From the IMG/VR virus record IMGVR_UViG_3300045988_124184, positions 1-35,570 of that record: DNA of 35,570 bases. One strand, given 5' to 3'. The notes under the pieces were generated by a model. It did not search any database. It saw nothing but the letters and a program-made list of their open reading frames with translations, and had not been told where the DNA came from. The position numbers and the translations under genes were made by a program. Shown piece by piece: positions 7,801 to 15,849 of this stretch (position 1 is the stretch's first letter; every line of letters starts with the position of its first letter). Source of the stretch: a virus.

Positions 7801-8649
7801 GCTGACCTTCAAACACAAGTGTTTCAAAATAATGCTCCAAATGTTGGAGCAGCAGAGCAAAGTACTATGCAGTCAGTTTTAGATGCAATTTATAGTACAA
7901 ATCCTGGCATGGCCAGTGCAGTTCAAGCATTGGTGAACGCTGGAATTTTTGAAATGGAGAACGGAAAAATTGGTTTCTCTGATAAAGCAAAAGAAATGGG
8001 TTTGGACGGCAATGAAACTTTAAGAGGATACATTTCAGAGTTTGAAACAACTTCAAAAAATATTGCAGTGGGTGCTGCAGCAGGTGTTAAGGCTGGTGCC
8101 TGGAATTTTATTCAACAAGCTGAAGACATGGCGAAACAAGGTCTTAAAAACTTTAAGCATGTGCTTGGAATAACATCTCCTTCAAAAGAGTTCATTAAAG
8201 CTTCAAAATGGATACCAGAAGGCGCAGCACAGGGCGTGAAAAATAACGCAAAAATCGCTACGGATGCAATATCTGCTATGGCAAATGATATGACATCTGA
8301 GTATGAAGCTTCATTGGATGACTTTACAACCACAGGCATAAAGGATGCTTTTGATAAGCTACCAGAGCAAGAAATTAAGCTGGTCGGACTTTTGGAGAAA
8401 ATCAAAGGTTTAGACGCCACCGCCCTTATGGACAAAGCCAGAGCGGCAGTATATGCAAATCAAACGGCTGTGGCAGGTGCGGCAGTGAGAAGCAGTTATA
8501 TGATAAACACAGGTATGTCACAGAGCGCAAACAGTGGTGGAGACAGGCAAACAGTGATTAACTTTAACCAACCTGTAGAAAGTCCGGATGCAACAGCAAG
8601 AGCAATCAATAGGATTTTTACTTTTGGATTGGCAGGTGATAAAGGATGA
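4891..8649 (+). CDS. Tail tape measure protein
   Basis: 1252 aa. The N-terminal core resembles TP901-family TMPs (FSATESAAAFKYMAQAGWS...). It has hydrophobic central segments and long coiled-coil stretches. Confidence 0.95.
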   Translation: MADGKVVIETDLDSSGIQAGLSKLSSIARSSVKGTLTSIASAGTALAGLGSTAIKIGADFEAGMSEVQAIARASASDMELLKEKAKEMGAETKFSATESAAAFKYMAQAGWSTEDMLNGISGVMSLAAASGEDLALTADIVTDSLTAFGLEAKDAAHFSDVLAMTANATNTDVANLGYTFKYVAPVAGALGYSIEDMSVAIGLMANSGIKAETAGTALRTTLTNLAKPTQQMTGYMEELGISLTDAQGNVKPFNEVMIDLREGFEGLTEAQKAEYAAGIAGKEAMSGLLAIVNASDEDFAALTAQINNCNGAAEEAAKIMQDNLKGSVEQLGGALETLGIEFYESVDTPIRTIVDSATSMVDQLTKAFKDGGLSGLVSELGTVFAEVATQAANSAPKMIDAATSMITSFLDGISQNSGQISNAAVKIGESLINGIAQIIPRVAEVGVEIVASLISNLLGSDVGRSVEELGKTIIDSFKTIASAVSGALNSLKPAFSTFISTVSNIAKAVIPPLTKVIEICISALKPMAPILLGVAGGFTALKIVKTVTGLIKKFTETEIVSNTITTIQNGLLWAKIAATEVLTGKITLAQAAQQLWNIAMGQNPIGAVVTAIGVFVGVLSGLAAALSGTNSEYQNAVNSLNDLKEAHEEVRSEQQKALEADFKEIDQINVLKTELDKLVDSNGKIKDGYLDRATAIAGELAEATGLEIEIIDGQIQKYGELGESIDAVITKKQMAALTDSLQEISDHAESQLDEARAYLETVTKAYNDAQAAYDRAKEYAERTGDDSKLGSLERDLKNKQAEMEKQIALVDSLREDIAMGTEALAVSASGDAKVMSDFMTRVSVKVDETGKAIIQSEASTYAERERLASEYRDMAERTTDQYLKDLYIKQAEELERQNAQMDSSLGIQIALIDSKGEQFNLSYAALMDKAAEGITNGGVGVDLAMQENMLAIVTAITNAQLPVEEQTRLLADLQTQVFQNNAPNVGAAEQSTMQSVLDAIYSTNPGMASAVQALVNAGIFEMENGKIGFSDKAKEMGLDGNETLRGYISEFETTSKNIAVGAAAGVKAGAWNFIQQAEDMAKQGLKNFKHVLGITSPSKEFIKASKWIPEGAAQGVKNNAKIATDAISAMANDMTSEYEASLDDFTTTGIKDAFDKLPEQEIKLVGLLEKIKGLDATALMDKARAAVYANQTAVAGAAVRSSYMINTGMSQSANSGGDRQTVINFNQPVESPDATARAINRIFTFGLAGDKG

Positions 8650-9476
8650 TAAGATTTGTAAGGGATGACGGCTTAACATTCAATATTTCAGATTATTTTA
8701 AAATTGTCAGTATTGAAGGATTAGGCACAATCACACAGGAGATATTTACAGAAAAACGAGCAGTTGGTGACGGCGACATCATAACAGGAACAAGGGTTAG
8801 CGCTCGAACAGTGACAATTACCGCTTGTAATGACTATTCCGGACAATTTGATACATCACGTGAAAAAATAAATCGTTTTTTTAATCCGAAAAATTCCTTT
8901 AAGATGTATGTCACGTATAAAAACAATACGGTGTGGTGTGAGTGTATTGTAGATGCACGAGATCTACCAACAGATAATATTTTTTCCCCGCAAATGTTTA
9001 CGCTATCTGTATTTTGTCCCAGTCCTTATTTTAAATCTTATGATGATTTTGGTAAGGATTTATCCAGTGTGTCCCCGATGATGGGATTTCCTCTCATGAT
9101 TTCGCAAGAAAAAGGATTTGTTGCAAGCGTGAGAAATTTTTCACAGCATGTATTTGTACCGAATGATGGTGCAATCGACACGTATTGTACCGTTGTGATT
9201 AAACCGGACGAAAATGTTAGTGGATTAAAAATCTATAAAAATGAAAAAGAATATATTTTATTTACAGTTGAGTTGAAAGTACATGAAACTGTGAAAATTG
9301 ACTTTGAGCGTAGAACAATTGAAATAGCAGGGAAAAGGATTCCAAACTGTATTGATAGGAAAAGTACTTTTTTTGCTTTGGATAAAGGAGGATGTACCAT
9401 ATCTTACGATGCCAACGAGAATGTAACAACGACACACATATATTTATACTACAACCAGCTTTATGCGGGGGTGTAA
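8646..9476 (+). CDS. Distal tail protein (Dit / siphovirus tail family)
   Basis: 276 aa, ATGA-coupled to the TMP; position and N-terminal pattern are typical. Confidence 0.75.
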   Translation: MIRFVRDDGLTFNISDYFKIVSIEGLGTITQEIFTEKRAVGDGDIITGTRVSARTVTITACNDYSGQFDTSREKINRFFNPKNSFKMYVTYKNNTVWCECIVDARDLPTDNIFSPQMFTLSVFCPSPYFKSYDDFGKDLSSVSPMMGFPLMISQEKGFVASVRNFSQHVFVPNDGAIDTYCTVVIKPDENVSGLKIYKNEKEYILFTVELKVHETVKIDFERRTIEIAGKRIPNCIDRKSTFFALDKGGCTISYDANENVTTTHIYLYYNQLYAGV

Positions 9477-9477
9477 T

Positions 9478-10497
9478 ATGGATGTGATTTTTTTAGATGC
9501 AGATTTTAATATGATAAAGTCTGTAGAATATATTAATTTGCAGTGGAATAGAAAGTATTACGAATGTGGGCAGTACTCCATTCAGATTTTAGCGGAAGAT
9601 TTTGAGGAAACCTTCTGTTATGTCTATAGATCTTCCGAAAAAGAAGTCGGAGTGGTTCAAAAGATAGAGTACACCAGTGAGGAACGCGGAGAGTTTGTAC
9701 AAATAAGTGGCTTTTTCTTAGAAAGTATGCTGAACAATTATATTATGCACCCCGCTTTTTCATATAGCGGTAGTTTAACAAACTGTATTTTTCATGTTAT
9801 TACAACATTTTGTACCGGTCTTGGTCCTCTGAGAACAAATTTGGAACAAGTCCCTAGTAAAAAAATATCGATTCAGGCCACAGGAGATGAAGTAGGAGAT
9901 TTTTTGTTTTCACTTTTAAAAGAAAATGAATGTAGCCTAACGTTTACACGCAACTACGTTGATAAATGTTTTGAGTTCAAAGTGGAGAAAGGGCTTGATA
10001 GAACAGCTGATATAGCCCCTACACTTAATGTTGAGCCTGCAATTTTTAATCAGAGCTGGGGACATTTTAAAAGTCTGAAAGTGGTAACGGATACAAGCAA
10101 TTATAAAAACTATGCTGTTGTTGCCGGCAGCGGTGAAGGTGAGCAAAGAAAAACAGTAACTGTGGATAAATCTAATGGAAAAACTTTGCAACGACTTTAT
10201 GTGGATGCAAGAGATTTACAGCAAAAAGAAGGAATGTCTTTACAAGAATATCTTGACATTTTATCTACTCGAGGAGTTGAGAAGCTAAGTAAACATAACA
10301 AAATCTTAAATATAAGCTTTGACCTCATAGGTGATTTAATCTATAAGAAAAATTTCGATTTAGGAGATAAATGTGACATTATTCTAAAAAATATGGGTGA
10401 GTATCAATCGCGAATTATTGGCGTAAATGAAACAGTCAAAGAAAACAGAAAGGAAATAAACGTTATTTTCGGGGATAAAGTGCCAAGAAGAAAATAA
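9478..10497 (+). CDS. Tail-tip protein, siphovirus Gp37-like family
   Basis: ATG at 9478 follows GGGGGTG. The N-terminus MDVIFLDADFNMIKSVEYINLQWNRKYYECGQYSIQI matches my recollection of the Sipho_Gp37 family. Confidence 0.6.
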   Translation: MDVIFLDADFNMIKSVEYINLQWNRKYYECGQYSIQILAEDFEETFCYVYRSSEKEVGVVQKIEYTSEERGEFVQISGFFLESMLNNYIMHPAFSYSGSLTNCIFHVITTFCTGLGPLRTNLEQVPSKKISIQATGDEVGDFLFSLLKENECSLTFTRNYVDKCFEFKVEKGLDRTADIAPTLNVEPAIFNQSWGHFKSLKVVTDTSNYKNYAVVAGSGEGEQRKTVTVDKSNGKTLQRLYVDARDLQQKEGMSLQEYLDILSTRGVEKLSKHNKILNISFDLIGDLIYKKNFDLGDKCDIILKNMGEYQSRIIGVNETVKENRKEINVIFGDKVPRRK

Positions 10498-10513
10498 AAA
10501 GGAAGGTGATTTT

Positions 10514-11677
10514 TTGGAAAGTATATTTTTTGATAGTCAGGTGACATATGACGAGTACGGAACACCTGTATACGATAGACCCAATAGCGCAGAGCAGTTA
10601 AGAGCAACCTTTGCCTCATTGTTGTCTAATGGCATCGTGTCTACAAGAACCAGCAGTATGGCATCGGAAGTAGGATTTATTGTGGATGCGGTAGGAGGAA
10701 TGGAAGTAGCTGTAAATAAAGGTGTGTGCTGGATAAATGGCTCTTGTGGAAAAGAGTCCAGCCGGCGAACATTCACACTGGATGCAGGAATGGAACAACC
10801 GAGATATGACAGTGTTGTGCTTCGTTGGGACAATAGGCAAGCTGCAAGAAATATAGACATTTTTGTTAAGAAAGGAATCCCGGGGGGTGACCCTACAATC
10901 CCACTGCTGGAAAGGAATTCATCGGTATATGAACTTCGGCTTGCAAACATTTTAGTTCAGGCGAATACATCGGCGGTAACAACAAAAAATATTACAGATA
11001 CAAGACTTGCTACAGAGGATTGCGGCTTAGTTGTAGGACTTGTGAAAAACATCGATACTTCTCAACTGTACAAGCAGATACAGTCAGATTTATATGACTT
11101 TAAATCAACGGAGCAAGCAGAGTTTATGCGTTGGTTTGAAACGATTCAAAATATTTTAGATGAAAATGTTGCTGGAAACTTACAAAAACAAATTGATACA
11201 AAAGTTCCGATGTCCCGCACGATAAACGGAAAGGCGTTAACAGGTAATATCACACTTACAGTGGACGACATTGGAACAAGTACAATCTTTTTAGTATCGC
11301 ATCCTGTGGGAAGTCTGTTTGAAACAACGGTTTCCACGAACCCGGGTACATTGTATGGCGGCACATGGGCAGCGTGGGGAGGCGGTCGAACCCCTGTAGG
11401 AGTAAATCCTGCCGATACCGATTTTAAAACGGTAGAGAAAACAGGCGGTGAAAAAACACATACTTTAACAGTGGATGAAATTGCTCCTCACTCTCACATT
11501 GAAACTATATACTGGAATGCTGGGGGATCAGGAACAGCCCATCCGGCAGCGGTTGAAGCAGGAGACCCTAGAAAGTACGGAGGACTTGTCGCACGCACAG
11601 AAAATACAGGTGGCGGACAAGCACACAACAACTTGCAACCGTATATCACATGCTATATCTGGAAAAGAACCACATAA
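10514..11677 (+). CDS. Tail fibre / receptor-binding protein with a C-terminal phage tail-collar domain
   Basis: TTG start after GGAAGGTGA. The C-terminal GGEKTHTLTVDEIAPHSH...GGGQAHNNLQPYITCYIWKRT is the tail-collar signature. Confidence 0.8.
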   Translation: MESIFFDSQVTYDEYGTPVYDRPNSAEQLRATFASLLSNGIVSTRTSSMASEVGFIVDAVGGMEVAVNKGVCWINGSCGKESSRRTFTLDAGMEQPRYDSVVLRWDNRQAARNIDIFVKKGIPGGDPTIPLLERNSSVYELRLANILVQANTSAVTTKNITDTRLATEDCGLVVGLVKNIDTSQLYKQIQSDLYDFKSTEQAEFMRWFETIQNILDENVAGNLQKQIDTKVPMSRTINGKALTGNITLTVDDIGTSTIFLVSHPVGSLFETTVSTNPGTLYGGTWAAWGGGRTPVGVNPADTDFKTVEKTGGEKTHTLTVDEIAPHSHIETIYWNAGGSGTAHPAAVEAGDPRKYGGLVARTENTGGGQAHNNLQPYITCYIWKRTT

Positions 11678-11690
11678 AGGAGGAAAAAAC

Positions 11691-12104
11691 ATGGCACTGG
11701 AAAAAGAATTAATCAATGGAAAAGGCGTAAAAACTGCTTATCATCGTATAGACAGTATCTCTATGGTGGACGGCATTAAAGTCACGGTAAAAAGCTATAC
11801 AGATGAAAGCTATAGACAGCAGGAGAAAGATAGGGATGCACTTATCAAGCGACAGGAAGAAGTAAAAAAGCAGCTTGAAGAAGAAATGGCAAAAACGGGC
11901 GATGAATACGACAAAGAAAAAGTAATTGCGTTGACTGAAGAAAATAATGCAATTGGCTTTCCTACAGTAATTGATTTGGCGGTATTCGTTCATGAATTTC
12001 AGTATCCTCTAGATAAAGATGCGGTAGTCAGCTACGAAGCTATGTACCAAAAGCTAAAACAAGAGTCACTGTTTGAAAATGCAAAAGATGTATTGGAGGA
12101 GTAA
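11691..12104 (+). CDS. Hypothetical tail-associated protein (137 aa)
   Basis: ATG at 11691 follows AAGGAGGAAAAAAC. The longer tracked ORF (from 11475) overlaps the fibre gene out of frame. Confidence 0.7.
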   Translation: MALEKELINGKGVKTAYHRIDSISMVDGIKVTVKSYTDESYRQQEKDRDALIKRQEEVKKQLEEEMAKTGDEYDKEKVIALTEENNAIGFPTVIDLAVFVHEFQYPLDKDAVVSYEAMYQKLKQESLFENAKDVLEE

Positions 12105-12106
12105 AT

Positions 12107-13213
12107 ATGCAACTATCAGTAATCGATGTAAGCGAACATCAAAGAAATATTAACTGGGAAAAAGTAAAGAACGCGGGCGTGGTCGGTGCCATGATACGTA
12201 CAGGCTATGGCATTAAAGACCCGAACCAAATCGATAAGTACTTTTACAACAATCTATCAGGCTGTCAAAACGTTGGTATGCCTTATGGATTTTATCACTA
12301 TTCTTATGCTATGGATATAGCAGGTGCAGAGCAGGAAGCAGACTTTTGTCTTGAACTTATCGCAGGCAGTAATCCGCAATATCCAGTGGCATTTGACATG
12401 GAAGAAAATCGTCAAGCTGCATTAGGTAAAGCGGTATGTACCAATATGGTACTCGCTTTTTGTAACAAAATTCGTGCAGCGGGTTACATACCAATGCTGT
12501 ATACAAACTTAAACTGGGCAACTAATTATATTGACATGGCGCGCATTGACGCGGCAGGCATAGACGTATGGTTGGCACAATATAACACACAGTGCGACTA
12601 CAAAGGTGCATATACCATGTGGCAGTATTCCTCTAAAGAGGTTATTGACGGTATTACAGCCAATACCGCAGACATGAATTGGTGCTATAAAGATTACACC
12701 AACGGAGCCGCTTCCACACCTACACCACAACCAGAACCAAGCTATGACACATATACAGTTATGGCAGGGGATACATTAAGCGGTATTGCTGCAAAGTTTG
12801 GCACCACTTATCAAGAGTTGGCGGCAATCAACGGTATTGCAGACCCGAACGTGATTCATGTAGGACAAATCATCAAGCTCAAGGGCGATGTGGCCGATGT
12901 GCCACAGAGTGGGACTACTTACACCGTGCAGGTAGGGGACACACTGAGCGGAATCGCTGCAAAGTACGGTACTACCTACCAAGAACTAGCTGCTTTAAAT
13001 GGTATCGCAGACCCCAATATCATTCATGTAGGACAAGTTTTGAAAGTCGCAGGTGGTACAGGTGGTCGCACTTACACAGTGCGGTCCGGTGACAATCTTT
13101 GGGATATCGCACAAGCACAGCTTGGAGATGGTGCGCGTTTTAGAGAGATTATCGCCATGAATGGCCTTTTATCCGATACTATCTACCCCGGTCAAGTGCT
13201 ACAGCTGCCATAA
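12107..13213 (+). CDS. Endolysin: GH25 muramidase + three LysM repeats
   Basis: The N-terminus is GH25-like ([24 protein letters not shown]). There are three LysM units ([34 protein letters not shown]). Confidence 0.92.
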   Translation: MQLSVIDVSEHQRNINWEKVKNAGVVGAMIRTGYGIKDPNQIDKYFYNNLSGCQNVGMPYGFYHYSYAMDIAGAEQEADFCLELIAGSNPQYPVAFDMEENRQAALGKAVCTNMVLAFCNKIRAAGYIPMLYTNLNWATNYIDMARIDAAGIDVWLAQYNTQCDYKGAYTMWQYSSKEVIDGITANTADMNWCYKDYTNGAASTPTPQPEPSYDTYTVMAGDTLSGIAAKFGTTYQELAAINGIADPNVIHVGQIIKLKGDVADVPQSGTTYTVQVGDTLSGIAAKYGTTYQELAALNGIADPNIIHVGQVLKVAGGTGGRTYTVRSGDNLWDIAQAQLGDGARFREIIAMNGLLSDTIYPGQVLQLP

Positions 13214-13225
13214 TCGGAGGTAGCT

Positions 13226-13561
13226 ATGAGTGTAAATTTAGATATTATTTTATATATATGTGGTGTTATCACATCCACATCAGCAGCGGTGGCTATCGTC
13301 ATCAAGCTGATAAATAAAAAGATAACCCGAACTATCGAGGAAAACTCGGCGATTCGCAACATCCATACTGCCCTTGTATCACAAATACGCTATCAAATAG
13401 ATACAGCTTTAAGACGGGCAAAGACAGAAGGACATGTAAGTAACTACTCGATGTCCGCTTTAGAATCTTTATTTGAAGTGTATAAGGCTATGGGCGGCAA
13501 CGGCTTTGTTGAAAGTGAAATGGAAGAGATAAGAAAGATAAATCAAAATGGAGGGAAATGA
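13226..13561 (+). CDS. N-terminally membrane-anchored lysis-cassette protein
   Basis: One N-terminal TM helix (IILYICGVITSTSAAVAIVIKLI), RBS GGAGG, located between the endolysin and the holin-like gene. Confidence 0.6.
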   Translation: MSVNLDIILYICGVITSTSAAVAIVIKLINKKITRTIEENSAIRNIHTALVSQIRYQIDTALRRAKTEGHVSNYSMSALESLFEVYKAMGGNGFVESEMEEIRKINQNGGK

Positions 13562-13562
13562 C

Positions 13563-13886
13563 ATGGATTTTACAGAATATATTAAGCCAGAATTATTAAT
13601 ATTAGTTCCGGTTTTATATGTCATCGGTATGGCTATCAAGAAAACATCTCTTATCGCAGATAAGCTAATACCTCTTGCAGTAGGTGCAGCAGGTATTCTA
13701 CTATCCATCATCTATGTACTGGCTACCAGTGACCTAGGTAGTCCGCAAGCTGTAGCTATGGCAATCTTTACAGCATTGACACAAGGTGTACTGGTAAGCG
13801 GTGCAAGTGTGTATGCGAATCAGATTTTTAAGCAGTTTAAAGATAGTGGTACTAAAGATGATAGTACAAATACAGAACAAAAATAA
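13563..13886 (+). CDS. Holin-like protein (2-3 TM helices, charged C-tail)
   Basis: ATG at 13563 is 8 nt after GGAGGG. The TM segments plus the KDSGTKDDSTNTEQK tail are typical of Gram-positive phage holins. Confidence 0.7.
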   Translation: MDFTEYIKPELLILVPVLYVIGMAIKKTSLIADKLIPLAVGAAGILLSIIYVLATSDLGSPQAVAMAIFTALTQGVLVSGASVYANQIFKQFKDSGTKDDSTNTEQK

Positions 13887-13896
13887 GTAAAAAGAA

Positions 13897-13936
13897 GTCC
13901 TCCCTTGCATAATATAAGGGAGGGCTTTTTTATTTT
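13897..13936 (+). terminator. Intrinsic terminator closing the lysis cassette
   Basis: 10-bp stem GTCCTCCCTT/AAGGGAGGGC (one G-U pair), 9-nt loop, T6 run. Confidence 0.85.
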
Positions 13937-14038
13937 TACAAATTATTTTTTAAAAAGTTTCCTTGTTTAGGGAAATTTTTAGGTTTTTTAGGGGGATTTA
14001 TAGAATGAATAAATTTCATCTAAATTAAAATTATTACA

Positions 14039-14098
14039 TATACTGTTATATAAAATTGGTTATACGTATTGAATAGTTTGCCTATACTGTGGTATAGT
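14039..14098 (+). promoter_or_regulatory. Promoter of the three-gene cassette with two repeated operator-like sites
   Basis: TTGAAT (14069-14074), 18 nt, TGgTATAGT (-10 at 14093-14098). TATACTGTtaTATA is at 14039-14052 and TATACTGTggTATA at 14083-14096; the second overlaps the -10. Confidence 0.6.
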
Positions 14099-14173
14099 AA
14101 AATAAAGATACAAAGTGCAAGTGTAGTTTTTTTAATCTATTTATAGGTTATTTTTGATAAAGGAGGGTGAAAT

Positions 14174-14437
14174 ATGAGTGAAAATATTGTAAACCCTATA
14201 TTCGCAGATGCTCACCGTATTTTTTTAGTTGAGAATGCGATAAATATTCAATTCGGATTATCTGATAAAGACGGGGAAGATAAGGAACCAGAGGTAATCG
14301 GAAACGTATTTGTTACCCCTGAATTAGCTTTGCAATTAGCCGGTTCTATACTGATGGCTTGTACAGAGTATCAAGATAAATATAAACATGATTTAGGGTT
14401 AAAACTAGACATTAAAACAGATTCAGGAGAAAAATAA
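14174..14437 (+). CDS. Cassette gene A: small acidic protein, possibly DUF3467-like
   Basis: 87 aa, RBS AAGGAGGGTG. The pattern FADAHRIFLVENAINIQFGL-[acidic loop]-VIGNVFVTPELALQL...EYQDKY recalls DUF3467; this is from memory only. Confidence 0.75.
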   Translation: MSENIVNPIFADAHRIFLVENAINIQFGLSDKDGEDKEPEVIGNVFVTPELALQLAGSILMACTEYQDKYKHDLGLKLDIKTDSGEK

Positions 14438-14464
14438 TAGTTTAATGTGGTGAGAGGTGTAAGC

Positions 14465-15094
14465 ATGAATAATTCTAATCAATCCATGAAAAGAATTCAA
14501 CCTCGAGTGGCATTAGCACCAGAAATTTTAAAGTTAGCGAATAAAGCTTCTGGTTTACATGAGGTTAAGGATAGAATAACTACAAGTCAAGCTGTTGACT
14601 TACTAGAGGCTACATTTTCAAACATGGCTGAATCTGCATGTTTGGGTCAATATAGTATTGAGCTTGTTGATAAGCAAAATGATACCATTGATAAATGGAC
14701 ACTCTCTAATAATTCTGAAAAAGCGTATGATGTGTACCAAGAATTTATGAAAAATAAAGAATTCTTGAATAAATTTTCTTTTTCGGGAGACGTGGAGAAA
14801 GTTAACCCAATGCACTTAGAATTCATAGAACTGTTTTCGGATATGGAAGATCTGGAAGATATATACGTGTTTATAAGTGCTCGAAACTATATGGATTTTT
14901 GGTTTATTGTTTCCAATGAAACATACAAAACAACTATTTCATTTATAAAAAAAGCAAATAGCTTTTTAAGAGAGCGAAAAGTAACAACTTATGAATTTTT
15001 AATCGCCGACAAAGACCAATTCCGAAAAGAACAAATGCCAATTCCTGCTTATTCATTTCACAAAAAAGGTAGGGATGAGCTTAATGGAAAGTAA
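14465..15094 (+). CDS. Cassette gene B: unknown protein with a possible N-terminal RHH-like segment
   Basis: ATG at 14465 follows GAGAGGTG. 209 aa. PRVALAPEILKLANKASGL...TSQAVDLLEATF is compatible with strand-helix-helix. I do not recognise the C-terminal ~150 aa. Confidence 0.75.
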   Translation: MNNSNQSMKRIQPRVALAPEILKLANKASGLHEVKDRITTSQAVDLLEATFSNMAESACLGQYSIELVDKQNDTIDKWTLSNNSEKAYDVYQEFMKNKEFLNKFSFSGDVEKVNPMHLEFIELFSDMEDLEDIYVFISARNYMDFWFIVSNETYKTTISFIKKANSFLRERKVTTYEFLIADKDQFRKEQMPIPAYSFHKKGRDELNGK

Positions 15095-15437
15095 GCAAGC
15101 ACACTTAGAAAAATACTTCCACAATAAAGATTTTTTAGATAATGGTATAAAAGATGGATCTAAGTATCCAGATTGGGAAATTACAGTTATCTTTTATTGT
15201 GGTGTACATATCGTTGAAGCTATGCTTGCAGAAAAAAATATTCATGTCATAGACCATCAGGATAGAAAAGATGAAATGGAAAATATCGATAATATAGACG
15301 ATTTCAGAGATGAATACATCCATCTTTACCAATTAAGCAGGAAAGCAAGATATAAATGTTTTTTACCTAAGCTAAAAGATGTATATGATGCGCAAGTGGA
15401 TTTGGATGCTATTAAAAGTGCAGCAGGAATAAAATAA
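15075..15437 (+). CDS. Cassette gene C: minimal HEPN-like protein (Rx4H motif)
   Basis: 120 aa (or 117 aa from ATG 15084), overlapping gene B by 20 (or 11) nt. The composition looks helix-rich, and R78-DEYI-H83 is encoded at 15306-15323, followed by LSRKARY. Confidence 0.7.
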   Translation: MSLMESKQAHLEKYFHNKDFLDNGIKDGSKYPDWEITVIFYCGVHIVEAMLAEKNIHVIDHQDRKDEMENIDNIDDFRDEYIHLYQLSRKARYKCFLPKLKDVYDAQVDLDAIKSAAGIK

Positions 15438-15438
15438 A

Positions 15439-15469
15439 AGGGTAGCGGTTTAACTGTTACCCTATTTTT
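15439..15469 (+). terminator. Intrinsic terminator directly after cassette gene C
   Basis: 10-bp stem AGGGTAGCGG/CTGTTACCCT (two G-U pairs), 5-nt loop, ATTTTT. Confidence 0.65.
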
Positions 15470-15511
15470 GTATTAAGTAATAGGGCAAACTTCCCGTATT
15501 AACGGGGCTAT

Positions 15512-15549
15512 AGCTGTTCAGCTTTCGGGCTGGGCAGCTTCTTTTTTTT
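15512..15549 (+). terminator. Second, stronger intrinsic terminator
   Basis: 11-bp stem AGCTGTTCAGC/GCTGGGCAGCT (two G-U pairs), loop TTTCGG, then TCTTTTTTTT. Confidence 0.8.
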
Positions 15550-15652
15550 GCGAAAATTTATGAAAATCTTTCTGGTGCTACATTCCCGTAACATCGGGTT
15601 TCCCTTTGTTGAAAATATGGGTTGATCTTATGTAGCATAAAATACGCATTCT

Positions 15653-15674
15653 ATTGTTACGTTATTGTTACGTT
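15653..15674 (+). repeat. Tandem 11-bp direct repeat ATTGTTACGTT x2 (putative integrase arm-type sites, P arm)
   Basis: Exact tandem copies read directly. Related copies lie on the other side of the tRNA core at 15850-15871. Confidence 0.7.
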
Positions 15675-15702
15675 GCATATAAAAAACGGCGTAGATACGT
15701 AT

Positions 15703-15758
15703 AGCGCACTTGACTGGGGGTCAAGGGGCCGCAGGTTCAAGTCCTGTCACTCGGACCA
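15703..15758 (+). other. attP core: 3' portion of tRNA-Pro(GGG), from the D-stem 3' strand to CCA
   Basis: GCGC-A-CTTGA-CTGGGGG-TCAAG-GGGCC-GCAGG-TTCAAGT-CCTGT-CACTCGG-A-CCA. It has an anticodon loop with GGG and G37, a T-arm and the acceptor 3' strand. The 5' acceptor and the 5' D-stem are absent. Confidence 0.8.
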
Positions 15759-15760
15759 TT

Positions 15761-15807
15761 AAAAACCGCGTAGTTTAGCCGTTTTAGCTATTCTACGCGG
15801 TGTTTTT
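15761..15807 (+). terminator. Hairpin terminator downstream of the tRNA fragment
   Basis: Perfect 9-bp stem ACCGCGTAG/CTACGCGGT, ~19-nt loop, flanked by A5 upstream and GTTTTT downstream. Confidence 0.65.
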
Positions 15808-15849
15808 ATTGTGTGAAAAATTGTGTTAAATTATCAAAAATTTTGTTTT

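Noticed and set aside
4941-8435. Many - strand ORFs (63-205 aa) inside the tape-measure gene
   Set aside because: These are Ala/Ser/Ile-rich antisense shadows of a long, confidently identified CDS, and none has a ribosome-binding site.
11475-11690. N-terminal extension of ORF 11475-12104
   Set aside because: It overlaps the C-terminal tail-collar domain of the fibre gene in another frame. A strong SD (AAGGAGGA) sits just before ATG 11691, right after the fibre stop codon.
14465-15094. Cassette gene B as an MNT-type nucleotidyltransferase partner of the HEPN-like gene
   Set aside because: I could not find the GSx(~10)DxD minimal nucleotidyltransferase motif. The superficially similar FISARNYMDFWFIV segment has the wrong spacing and lacks the second Asp.
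15560-15625. 21-codon ORF (MKIFLVLHSRNIGFPFVENMG) in the attP arm
   Set aside because: It has no SD and sits directly after a terminator T-run. Its ATG is part of the 18-nt repeat, so it is probably fortuitous.
15669-15758. A complete tRNA gene
   Set aside because: Only the 3' portion folds. The sequence that should supply the 5' acceptor strand (CCGAGTG) and the 5' D-stem is absent, so this is an attP core and not a functional tRNA.
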